From contig JAZSNU010000021.1 in NCBI GenBank assembly GCA_045536565.1, forward strand, positions 1 through 25,902: a DNA stretch of 25,902 bases, read 5' to 3'. This stretch comes from Clostridia bacterium. GTDB lineage: Bacteria > Bacillota > Clostridia > TANB77 > CAG-465. The position numbers were made by a program, and so were the translations under genes. Under the pieces are notes generated by a model, which did not search any database, was not told the origin of the DNA, and saw only the letters and a program-made list of their open reading frames with translations. Positions 1 to 8,002 of the stretch are shown piece after piece. The stretch's first letter is position 1, and each line of letters opens with the position of its first letter.

Positions 1-2092
1 TATGTTATTTAGTCAAAGTTATGCTTGTGTTGATTGTAACATATCTATCGAAGAACTTACACCTAGAATGTTTTCGTTTAATACACCATATGGAGCGTGT
101 CCAAGTTGTACAGGTCTTGGTGAACTTCTAAAAATGGATCCTGACAGAGTTATACCTGATAAGACAAAATTACTTTCTGACCCAACGGCTATAAAAGGCT
201 GGGGTGGAAATAACGAAAATTCAGTAACTCTTATGTATTTAAGAGGACTATGTGACCATTATGGTGTGGATATAGATACTAGAATAGATAAACTTCCAAA
301 AGATTTCTATAATATTCTTATGTATGGCTCTGGCGAAGAAAAGATAAGATTTAAACATGAAACTAGAAGTCTTACAAGAGATTTTGAGGCTAGTTTTGAG
401 GGTGTAATAAACATATTAGAAAGACGATTTAAAGAAACAACTTCAAAATGGATGAGAGAATATTATGAAAGTTTAATGACTACAATAGATTGTGATGATT
501 GTCATGGAACAAGACTAAAAAGAGAAAGTTTAGCAGTAAAAGTAGGTAAACTAAATATTCACGATTTAACTTGCCTTTCAATATCTGAAATAAAAGAATA
601 TATAAACAATATAAAGTTAAGCGAAAAAGATAAAATTATTTCAGAGCAAATTATAAAAGAGTTAAATTCAAGATTACAGTTTTTAATTGATGTAGGATTA
701 GAATATTTAACACTTGCAAGAACAGCAGGAACATTATCAGGTGGAGAAGCACAAAGAATAAGACTAGCAACTCAAATTGGATCTGGACTTACAGGAGTAC
801 TTTACATATTAGATGAGCCAAGTATAGGACTTCATCAAAGAGATAATGAAAAACTTCTTAACTCACTTAAAAAGATGAGAGATTTAGGAAATACATTAAT
901 AGTTGTAGAGCACGATGAAGATACAATGAGAGAAGCAGACTATATTGTGGATATTGGGCCAAAAGCTGGTGTTCATGGTGGTAATATTGTATTTCACGGT
1001 ACACCAGAGGAAATACTTAAAGATGAACATAGTATAACAGGAAAATATTTAAGTGGAAGACTTAAAATAGAAGTTCCTGAAAAAAGAAGAGAAATATCAG
1101 ATAAATATATAGAAATTGTTGGTGCTGAGGAAAATAACTTAAAGAAAATAGATGTTAAATTCCCAGTAGGAGTATTTACTTGTGTTACTGGTGTATCAGG
1201 TTCTGGTAAAAGTTCACTTGTAAATGAAATACTATACAAAGCAGTATCAAAAGAAATATATGAATCAAAAGGAAAAATTGGTAAGCATAAAAAAATAAAT
1301 GGATTAGAGAATATAGATAAAGTTATAAACATTGACCAATCACCAATAGGAAGAACTCCAAGGTCAAATCCTGCAACTTATACAGGAATGTTTGATCAAA
1401 TTAGAGATTTGTTTGCTCAGACAAATGAAGCAAAACTTAGAGGTTATCAAAAAGGAAGATTTAGCTTTAATGTTCCAGGTGGAAGATGTGAGGCATGTTC
1501 TGGTGATGGGATAATTAAGATAGAAATGCATTTCTTACCTGATGTATATGTTCCTTGTGATGTATGTAAAGGAAAAAGATATAGCAGAGAAACATTAGAA
1601 GTTAAATACAAAGGAAAGAGTATAAGCGATGTACTTAATTTAACTGTTGAAGAAGGATTAGAATTCTTCAAAAATGTTGCTAGTATAAAAAATAAATTAC
1701 AAACTCTATATGATGTAGGACTTGGATATATTAAATTGGGTCAACCATCAACTACTTTGTCAGGTGGTGAAGCACAAAGAGTAAAACTTGCTACTGAACT
1801 TAGTAAAAAGAGTACAGGAAGAACACTATACATACTAGATGAGCCAACTACTGGGCTTCATACAGCAGATGTACACAACTTAGTTCATATTGTAAATAGA
1901 CTTGTTGATGGTGGTAACACAGTAGTTATGATAGAGCATAATCTAGACATGATAAAATCAGCAGATTATATTATAGACTTAGGACCAGAAGGTGGGAAGA
2001 ATGGAGGAATAGTAATTGCTACTGGAACACCGGAAGAAGTATCTAAGATAAAAACAAGTTATACAGGTAAATTTTTAAAGAAAATGTTATAA
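1..2092 (+). CDS. uvrA: Excinuclease ABC subunit A (5' end outside window)
   Basis: FSFNTPYGACPSCTGLG zinc finger, two LSGGEAQR ABC signatures, GVSGSGKSS Walker A, ILDEP Walker B; the frame is open from the window edge, so Met at 2 is probably internal. Confidence 0.98.
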   Translation, partial: MLFSQSYACVDCNISIEELTPRMFSFNTPYGACPSCTGLGELLKMDPDRVIPDKTKLLSDPTAIKGWGGNNENSVTLMYLRGLCDHYGVDIDTRIDKLPKDFYNILMYGSGEEKIRFKHETRSLTRDFEASFEGVINILERRFKETTSKWMREYYESLMTTIDCDDCHGTRLKRESLAVKVGKLNIHDLTCLSISEIKEYINNIKLSEKDKIISEQIIKELNSRLQFLIDVGLEYLTLARTAGTLSGGEAQRIRLATQIGSGLTGVLYILDEPSIGLHQRDNEKLLNSLKKMRDLGNTLIVVEHDEDTMREADYIVDIGPKAGVHGGNIVFHGTPEEILKDEHSITGKYLSGRLKIEVPEKRREISDKYIEIVGAEENNLKKIDVKFPVGVFTCVTGVSGSGKSSLVNEILYKAVSKEIYESKGKIGKHKKINGLENIDKVINIDQSPIGRTPRSNPATYTGMFDQIRDLFAQTNEAKLRGYQKGRFSFNVPGGRCEACSGDGIIKIEMHFLPDVYVPCDVCKGKRYSRETLEVKYKGKSISDVLNLTVEEGLEFFKNVASIKNKLQTLYDVGLGYIKLGQPSTTLSGGEAQRVKLATELSKKSTGRTLYILDEPTTGLHTADVHNLVHIVNRLVDGGNTVVMIEHNLDMIKSADYIIDLGPEGGKNGGIVIATGTPEEVSKIKTSYTGKFLKKML

Positions 2093-2096
2093 CAAA

Positions 2097-2121
2097 CGGG
2101 TGGCGTTATGCCACCTGCTTT
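2097..2121 (+). terminator. Probable intrinsic terminator after uvrA
   Basis: Stem GGTGGC (2099-2104) / GCCACC (2110-2115), loop GTTAT, followed by a short TTT; U-tract is weak. Confidence 0.6.
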
Positions 2122-2128
2122 GATTCGC

Positions 2129-2142
2129 ATGTCAATTGACAT
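2129..2142. promoter_or_regulatory. Perfect 14-bp palindrome overlapping the -35 box, candidate operator
   Basis: ATGTCAATTGACAT is its own reverse complement. Confidence 0.45.
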
Positions 2143-2164
2143 AATACAAGTGGTGTGGTATAAT
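2136..2164 (+). promoter_or_regulatory. Consensus sigmaA promoter with extended -10 for the three-gene array
   Basis: TTGACA (2136-2141), 17 bp spacer, TG at 2156-2157, TATAAT (2159-2164). Confidence 0.9.
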
Positions 2165-2183
2165 TCTTGCATAATATATTAAT

Positions 2184-2208
2184 AAATCCAATTTATAATT
2201 AAAGGAGA
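2184..2208 (+). repeat. Leader repeat copy 1 (contains the RBS)
   Basis: AAATCCAATTTATAATTAAAGGAGA, 8 nt before the ATG at 2217. Confidence 0.9.
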
Positions 2209-2216
2209 GATGATAC

Positions 2217-2621
2217 ATGGTAGATTACAAAGAAAGAATGACAAATGCAAAGGAGTATTTATATACGAGGCTAAGAGCAAAAAGTTTAACCGTGAATGAT
2301 GCTGAGGAAAGAGCGGAACAATTCTATGAGTATAATAAGGAAGTTTTATTAAAGAAACCAATAGAACACTTTATATATCGTATGGAAAATTTCGATGAAA
2401 CTTCAATTGTCTATGATAGAAAGACAGAATGGTATGAGCGAGAAAATATAGCATATAATGTAGCATTTGAAACAAAGTTGTTGTCCTTAATAAAAGAAGG
2501 TTTAGAAAAAGTATCTCCTGATTTTTGCAAGTATACAGTTGCTACTGAGTTAAAACCTATCTGGAAAGCAGCTAATATTAAGGAAAAACATCTTGTGATA
2601 GTTATGAGTATAAAAGAATAA
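2217..2621 (+). CDS. Hypothetical protein, array paralog 1
   Basis: 134 aa ORF with AAAGGAG RBS; shares Y-x6-AK-x5-RL N-terminus and P(D/E)F motif with the next two ORFs. Confidence 0.85.
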   Translation: MVDYKERMTNAKEYLYTRLRAKSLTVNDAEERAEQFYEYNKEVLLKKPIEHFIYRMENFDETSIVYDRKTEWYERENIAYNVAFETKLLSLIKEGLEKVSPDFCKYTVATELKPIWKAANIKEKHLVIVMSIKE

Positions 2622-2624
2622 CAC

Positions 2625-2650
2625 AAATCAAATTTATAATTAAAGGGAGA
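2625..2650 (+). repeat. Leader repeat copy 2
   Basis: AAATCAAATTTATAATTAAAGGGAGA, 3 nt after the previous stop codon. Confidence 0.9.
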
Positions 2651-2656
2651 TAAAAC

Positions 2657-3124
2657 ATGATTACTTACAAAGAATTATTTACAGATGCAAAAATAGAAAT
2701 GGATAAACGACTTAAAAAACAAAAAATTGAAGAGGAGGAAATGATAGAATTAGGGAAAAGCGATGCAAAAAATGCTTTTAATAATGTTAATCACGATATT
2801 GACGAGTTTGTAAATGAAGAATTAGACCATTTTTTATGGTGCATGCATGAAACAGACTTGAAACCACCATTTTTTAGTGTATCTGAAAAGCCACTATTAT
2901 GGAAGGAAAACTTTGGAAATCCATATTATATGCATGGACTTAAACAAGGTATTAAGGAAATAGTGGAGAAAAACATAAAAGGAAAAATACCTGAGTTTTG
3001 TAAGTGCACTGTAAACATTAAGGAAAAGATTAAAGAAACATATTTACCTGTTATATCATTAACAAAGCATGATTTAGTATTAAGTTTTGAATTTGAATTG
3101 GATTTTAATTCCAAAAAAGCATAA
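2657..3124 (+). CDS. Hypothetical protein, array paralog 2
   Basis: 155 aa ORF with RBS inside the repeat; MITYKELFTDAKIEMDKRL and IPEFCKCTV match paralog 1 (SPDFCKYTV). Confidence 0.85.
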   Translation: MITYKELFTDAKIEMDKRLKKQKIEEEEMIELGKSDAKNAFNNVNHDIDEFVNEELDHFLWCMHETDLKPPFFSVSEKPLLWKENFGNPYYMHGLKQGIKEIVEKNIKGKIPEFCKCTVNIKEKIKETYLPVISLTKHDLVLSFEFELDFNSKKA

Positions 3125-3128
3125 CATT

Positions 3129-3153
3129 AAATCAAATTTATAATTAAAGGAGA
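3129..3153 (+). repeat. Leader repeat copy 3
   Basis: AAATCAAATTTATAATTAAAGGAGA, 4 nt after the previous stop codon. Confidence 0.9.
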
Positions 3154-3160
3154 AATGATT

Positions 3161-3562
3161 ATGAAAAATTATAACTTAAAAATGCTTGAAGCAAAACGAA
3201 ATTTAGATCAGAGATTGGAACTCGAAAGAAGAACAAGGGATGATGGAGAAAAATATGCTATCAATTACTATGTTTTAAGTAAAGGAAAAATGGTAAGTAA
3301 AATTTTAGATTATCTAACAGCAAGTATGGAAGATCAATACCATTGTGAAACATATTTCGAAACTTCATATATAATTCAAAACGAAAAGTATTTTGAGCAA
3401 AGCGACGCGTATAGAGATGGTTTCAAAGAACAAATTGTTAAGCTTGTATATGAAAATTTGTGTGAATTGATACCGGATTTTAAAGAAAACTTGGATGTTA
3501 TAATCCAGGAACATTATGGGTGTGAATATACAATTCATATAGTTGTAAGTCTAAGATTTTAA
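3161..3562 (+). CDS. Hypothetical protein, array paralog 3
   Basis: ORF track starts at 3155; ATG 3161 fits RBS spacing better and aligns MKNY with MVDY/MITY; IPDF motif present. Confidence 0.85.
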   Translation: MKNYNLKMLEAKRNLDQRLELERRTRDDGEKYAINYYVLSKGKMVSKILDYLTASMEDQYHCETYFETSYIIQNEKYFEQSDAYRDGFKEQIVKLVYENLCELIPDFKENLDVIIQEHYGCEYTIHIVVSLRF

Positions 3563-3574
3563 TAATAATTTTTT

Positions 3575-3606
3575 AACACTGCTAGAATTAATTTCTAGCA
3601 GTGTTT
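3575..3606 (+). terminator. Terminator hairpin closing the array
   Basis: 13-bp perfect stem AACACTGCTAGAA (3575-3587) / TTCTAGCAGTGTT (3593-3605). Confidence 0.8.
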
Positions 3607-3618
3607 ATCTATGCTTAA

Positions 3619-3648
3619 TTGACAAAATAGTACATATTATGATAGTAT
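3619..3648 (+). promoter_or_regulatory. Probable sigmaA promoter
   Basis: TTGACA (3619-3624), 18 bp spacer, TGa-TAGTAT (3643-3648). Confidence 0.6.
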
Positions 3649-3669
3649 TAAAGTGTAGGGGGGATATGT

Positions 3670-4002
3670 ATGGCAAAGAATATTAGAATTCTTTATTTAT
3701 ATGTAGTATCATTTATTGCTCTTGTTATGATAGTAGCGGGATTTATATCTACTGTAAATTCAATAGCTTCATATTGTTATCCAGTAGTTTATTATTATCA
3801 TAGTTCATATAAATATGATGATTATAATAATAAAGTTTATGATTATAGTTATGCAGAAGGACTTGCAAGAGAAACAAGAAATGAGAAAAGAGAAAGTTTA
3901 AGAGAAGGAATATCATATTCCGCAGTTACAGTTGTTGGAACATGTTTATTCGCATATCATTGGAAGAAAATTCAAAATGAAAGAAAAGAGGGGGAAAAAT
4001 AA
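3670..4002 (+). CDS. Small two-TM membrane protein, DUF5671-like
   Basis: IRILYLYVVSFIAL helix, Tyr-rich loop, second helix ending in YHW; family recognised from memory of the motif. Confidence 0.7.
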   Translation: MAKNIRILYLYVVSFIALVMIVAGFISTVNSIASYCYPVVYYYHSSYKYDDYNNKVYDYSYAEGLARETRNEKRESLREGISYSAVTVVGTCLFAYHWKKIQNERKEGEK

Positions 4003-4418
4003 TGGCGATAATTGGTATTGTATCTGTAATTCTTGCTATTGTTATTCCTATATGTATAATAGCGCTTGTAGTTCATTTAATAAGTAAGAGAAACTCAAAT
4101 AATGGTGAGAAGAAAGATAATTTTGAAAAAATAATTAGAACAATATATACATATATACTTGTTTTATCATTTTTAATTGCTAGTATAGCAAGTTTTATTT
4201 CAGCAGTTGATTCATTAGCAGATTATTTATTACCAGAAGAGGTGGAGTCATATTATGATGAAGATTATGATTATAGAGAGAAAGTATTAGATGAAAGAAA
4301 TGATAAACATCAAATGATAGTTGACATGATAACTAACACTGCAACTTTCGTTATATGTGTACCAATGTTTGTATATCATATGAATTTGACAAAGAATTTA
4401 ATTAAGAAAGAAAAATAG
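4002..4418 (+). CDS. Membrane protein, DUF5671-like paralog with an extra N-terminal TM
   Basis: IRTIYTYILVLSFL and terminal YH motif resemble the upstream gene; TAATG stop/start overlap indicates translational coupling. Confidence 0.7.
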   Translation: MAIIGIVSVILAIVIPICIIALVVHLISKRNSNNGEKKDNFEKIIRTIYTYILVLSFLIASIASFISAVDSLADYLLPEEVESYYDEDYDYREKVLDERNDKHQMIVDMITNTATFVICVPMFVYHMNLTKNLIKKEK

Positions 4419-4441
4419 AAGAAATATAGGGAGGAACTTTT

Positions 4442-5464
4442 ATGGCATACAGTTTAGAACAAATATTTCATACCGAACCTAAAAAAATAGGCATGATTGA
4501 AATATACTCTAATCCTATGGATAGGGCTACTGTTAAAGATATAGAGAAAGTTATAAAAAGCATAGCAAAAAATTTAAAGGTAAATTTAGATAATATTCCA
4601 TCAGGAGAAACATTAAGAGTATATATTTATCCTACAAAGAGAGTATTTTACTCTATGTTTGGTAATGAAGTAGAGCAAAATATGAGAAGAACAAGAAGCA
4701 GAACACAAGAAACTATGCTTTTTGTAGTTGGTGAAAGCGAAATACATATGGTTTCTCCGAAAGTTACAGGGAATTCATATACTGATATAATAGGTATATT
4801 AGTTAAAGATATATTAGAAGAGTATGGATTAGAATCAAAAGTAAAGAAGGCAAAAGAAAAAGTTAAAGAAGAATTAGAGCCAGAAGAAATAATAGAAGAA
4901 GACGAAGAAATTGAAGAACAGGAAGAAGAACTTACAGATGAAGATTATGAAGAAGAAATAGAAGAATTAGATGAATCTGAATTATCAGATACTATTGAGG
5001 AAATAGACTATCAAATGGAAATTCAGAAAGATAAGAATTCTATTCCTGAATGGCTTGAATTAGGTTGGATCATGTATAGACGAGGAATATTAAATAGTGA
5101 TAAAAACAAACAAGATTATGCCGAATTTATTCAAAAAAAAGGTGTTACTAGTCAGAATAAAATATCACAGAAAAGTTTCGTTATGTCAGACTATAACTTT
5201 GCATCGGAATCATCTGCTGCAATAATTGAATATATAGTAAAAAACTACGGAGTAAGAAGAGTATTTGATTTGGTAGGAGAGCCAAATATAGAAAAAACAT
5301 TACGAATTTCAGAAGGAAAGTTTAAAAGAGAATATACTGCTTGGATAAAGAAAATGTATGTTGTATCAAAATTAGATAAAAAACTTGAAAAAGAGAAACA
5401 AGAAAAATCAAATAACCCTCACCGAGATATAGATATAAATATAAAAGACAAAGATATAAAATAG
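4442..5464 (+). CDS. Hypothetical protein, peptidase MA-like fold lacking HExxH, with an acidic insertion
   Basis: 340 aa, GGGAGG RBS; LRVYIYP, IPEWLELG and IIEYIVKNYG motifs; long Glu/Asp-rich tract. Confidence 0.6.
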   Translation: MAYSLEQIFHTEPKKIGMIEIYSNPMDRATVKDIEKVIKSIAKNLKVNLDNIPSGETLRVYIYPTKRVFYSMFGNEVEQNMRRTRSRTQETMLFVVGESEIHMVSPKVTGNSYTDIIGILVKDILEEYGLESKVKKAKEKVKEELEPEEIIEEDEEIEEQEEELTDEDYEEEIEELDESELSDTIEEIDYQMEIQKDKNSIPEWLELGWIMYRRGILNSDKNKQDYAEFIQKKGVTSQNKISQKSFVMSDYNFASESSAAIIEYIVKNYGVRRVFDLVGEPNIEKTLRISEGKFKREYTAWIKKMYVVSKLDKKLEKEKQEKSNNPHRDIDINIKDKDIK

Positions 5465-5497
5465 AAATAACAAGAGGATTTGTTCCTCTTGTTATTT
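5465..5497. terminator. Bidirectional terminator between convergent genes
   Basis: AAATAACAAGAGGA (5465-5478) / TCCTCTTGTTATTT (5484-5497), 14-bp stem. Confidence 0.85.
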
Positions 5498-6013
5498 TGT
5501 CATCATTTCAATTATTTTAATATATATATTGTTAGCGTCATTTTGCCAGTTTTTAGATATGTTTTTAGCATTTTCTATATCACCAGCATATAAAGTTATG
5601 TTTAAAAGTTCGTCATTACCATCTCTAATATAACAAGCGATTTTGTATTCACCATATTTTATAGGGATAATTTGCGAGCCTATTTCATAATTTTTCTTTA
5701 TTTCATTCATTTGTTTAGATAACATTTTTTTTATATTATGCATACTAATTCCAGGTATTAATTCTATTAATTCTTCAAGAGTTGATTTACCATCATCAGT
5801 CAAAGAGTAATATTTTGTATTGTTTTCTTCATTTTCTAATATATGACCATTTGCTTTTAAAGTATCTATATATTCGCAAATATCAAAATATGTAATACTT
5901 TCAAAATCAGAGCACATTTTAACTATTTGCTCTAATGTTAAAGAAGAATCAGATTCATTCAAAACTAAAAGTATTATAAACTTTTTATCGAAAAATTCAA
6001 AATTGTCTGGCAC
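5492..6013 (-). CDS. DUF4364-family winged-helix protein
   Basis: 173 aa, GTG start with GGAGGG RBS; KFIILLVL ... YF ... YSLTDDG wHTH pattern and C-terminal A-x2-I-x2-NW. Confidence 0.75.
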   Translation of the reverse strand: MPDNFEFFDKKFIILLVLNESDSSLTLEQIVKMCSDFESITYFDICEYIDTLKANGHILENEENNTKYYSLTDDGKSTLEELIELIPGISMHNIKKMLSKQMNEIKKNYEIGSQIIPIKYGEYKIACYIRDGNDELLNITLYAGDIENAKNISKNWQNDANNIYIKIIEMMTK

Positions 6014-6089
6014 AAAAATCCCTCCTGTTCTTTACAACTTGATACATATATGATATCATAAAACAAGAAAAAAATAAAGGGGGAAAGGT

Positions 6090-6764
6090 ATGAATAAATA
6101 TATAATAGCGGTAGATGGACCTTCTGCAGCTGGAAAATCTTACCTATCTAAAAGAATAAGTGAAATATTAAATATAATATACATAGATACGGGAGCAATG
6201 TATAGGGCTGTTGCTTTATACTTTATTCAAAATAATATAGATATGGAAAATGATGCAGAAGTTCAAAAGGCGTTAGATAATATAGAAATTAAATTTAAAA
6301 GAATAGATGGAGGTCTCCATATATTTTTAAATGATGTAGATGTATCAAGTGATATAAGAACTGAAGAAATTGGGATGATGGCATCAAAAGTCTCTGCTAT
6401 AAAAAAAGTAAGATATGATATGGTAGATAGACAAAGAAAATTAGCAGAAAATGATAGTGTTATTCTAGATGGAAGAGATATTGGAAGTGTTGTATTTCCA
6501 AACGCAGATTTAAAAATATATCTTACAGCAGATGAAAATGAAAGAGCCAAAAGAAGACATATTGATTTAAAAGCCAAAGGAATAGAATGTCAGCACGAAG
6601 AAGTATTAGAAGATATAAAGAAAAGAGATTATAACGATATAAATAAGCCAATATCACCTTTAATAAAAACAGATGATGCCGTGCTTATGGATACTACAAA
6701 TATGACAGTTGATGAAGAAGTGGATGAAGTAATTAGACTATTAAAAGAAAGGGATGTTATTTAA
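6090..6764 (+). CDS. cmk: Cytidylate kinase
   Basis: IAVDGPSAAGKS, YIDTGAMYRA, DGRDIGSVVFPNA motifs. Confidence 0.97.
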   Translation: MNKYIIAVDGPSAAGKSYLSKRISEILNIIYIDTGAMYRAVALYFIQNNIDMENDAEVQKALDNIEIKFKRIDGGLHIFLNDVDVSSDIRTEEIGMMASKVSAIKKVRYDMVDRQRKLAENDSVILDGRDIGSVVFPNADLKIYLTADENERAKRRHIDLKAKGIECQHEEVLEDIKKRDYNDINKPISPLIKTDDAVLMDTTNMTVDEEVDEVIRLLKERDVI

Positions 6765-6767
6765 TTT

Positions 6768-7367
6768 ATGCTAAAATTATTTAAAGCCTTTATATATTTT
6801 GTATTCTGCAAGTTAGTATATAGAGTAGAATATATAAATTTAAATAAAGAAAAGCAACTTAAAGGAAGAAATGTAATATGTGCAAACCACAACGACTGGA
6901 TGGATGCGGTTGTTATGTGGACAAGAACAGAAAATGTTAGGATAATGGCAAAAGCAGAACTATTTAGAGTTCCTGTATGGTCTCACCTAATTAGAGCAGT
7001 AGGTGCATTTCCAATTAAAAGGGGAATGAAAGACTTTTCAAGTATATACCATGCTGTAAAAGAAGTAGAGGCAGGCAATAATCTAGTTATTTTCCCAGAG
7101 GGAACTAGAAAAGCAAAACTTAAAAAAGTTAAGGCTAAACCAGGTGCGGTACATATAGCAATATCAGCAGATGCAGATATAATACCTGTATATATAGAAG
7201 AGGGTAAAAGAACATTATTTAGCAAAATTCGTGTGGTTCATGGGGAGCCATATAGCGTAAAAGAATACAAAGATAAGATTAAAGATAAAGAAGTATTAAA
7301 TAAGTTAACAGAAGAACTTATGGACAAAATATATAGTTTAGGAGAGAGTATAAAAAGTGATAAATAA
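6768..7367 (+). CDS. plsC: 1-acyl-sn-glycerol-3-phosphate acyltransferase
   Basis: NHxxxxD (NHNDWMD), MAKAELF, IFPEGTR motifs; follows cmk. Confidence 0.93.
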   Translation: MLKLFKAFIYFVFCKLVYRVEYINLNKEKQLKGRNVICANHNDWMDAVVMWTRTENVRIMAKAELFRVPVWSHLIRAVGAFPIKRGMKDFSSIYHAVKEVEAGNNLVIFPEGTRKAKLKKVKAKPGAVHIAISADADIIPVYIEEGKRTLFSKIRVVHGEPYSVKEYKDKIKDKEVLNKLTEELMDKIYSLGESIKSDK

Positions 7368-7956
7368 AGAGAAACTAGAATTATTAAAACAAGAAGCAAG
7401 AGAAAATCATATTCCTATTTTGCAAGATGTATCAATGCAAATAATAAAGACAATACTTGCAATTAGAAAACCAAACAAAATACTTGAAATAGGAACAGCA
7501 GTTGGTTATTCTGCATTGTGCTTTTCAGAGTATTTACATGGAGAAAATGCTGTTATAAAAACGGTAGAGTTAAATGAAGAAACAAGTAAAATAGCAAAAA
7601 AGAATATAGAAAAGATAAGTGATGAAAATAACATTGAAGTTACAAATATGGATGCTTATGAGTTTATGAAATCACTTGATGAAACTTTTGATGTTATATT
7701 TATTGATGCTGCAAAAGGACAATACATGAAATATTTAGAGGAAGCATATAGATTATCAAAAGAGGGAACAATCATTATTGCTGATAATGTTCTTTTAAGA
7801 GGTATGGTACTAGGCGGATATAACGAGCATAAGCACAGGACAGCTGTAACAAGACTTAGAGAGTATTTAAAAGAGGTAACTGAAAACCCGAAACTTGAAA
7901 CAATGGTATTAGATGTAGGAGATGGTCTTGCTATATCAGTTGTTAAAAATAAATAG
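7357..7956 (+). CDS. SAM-dependent O-methyltransferase (YrrM/TrmR family)
   Basis: ILEIGTAVGYS, FIDAAKGQY, ADNVL, GDGL motifs. Confidence 0.9.
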   Translation: MINKEKLELLKQEARENHIPILQDVSMQIIKTILAIRKPNKILEIGTAVGYSALCFSEYLHGENAVIKTVELNEETSKIAKKNIEKISDENNIEVTNMDAYEFMKSLDETFDVIFIDAAKGQYMKYLEEAYRLSKEGTIIIADNVLLRGMVLGGYNEHKHRTAVTRLREYLKEVTENPKLETMVLDVGDGLAISVVKNK

Positions 7957-7961
7957 AAATG

Positions 7962-7993
7962 AAAAAGCACTAGTTTTAAAACTAGTGCTTTTT
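7962..7993. terminator. Bidirectional terminator (perfect 32-bp palindrome)
   Basis: AAAAAGCACTAGTTTTAAAACTAGTGCTTTTT between convergent genes. Confidence 0.85.
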
Positions 7994-8002
7994 AAAGAGA
8001 GG

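Noticed and set aside
2184-3153. CRISPR array or integron attC sites
   Set aside because: The repeats are separated by whole genes of more than 400 bp, lack attC RYYYAAC/GTTRRRY cores and long hairpins, and no cas or integrase gene is present.
4860-5010. GAA-rich stretch as a second contingency microsatellite
   Set aside because: It is imperfect, in-frame and simply encodes the acidic tract; unit changes would not shift the frame.
7962-7993. Perfect 32-bp palindrome as a mobile-element end or MITE
   Set aside because: It lies between convergent stop codons with A/T tails on both sides, which is fully explained by a bidirectional terminator; no target duplication or transposase.
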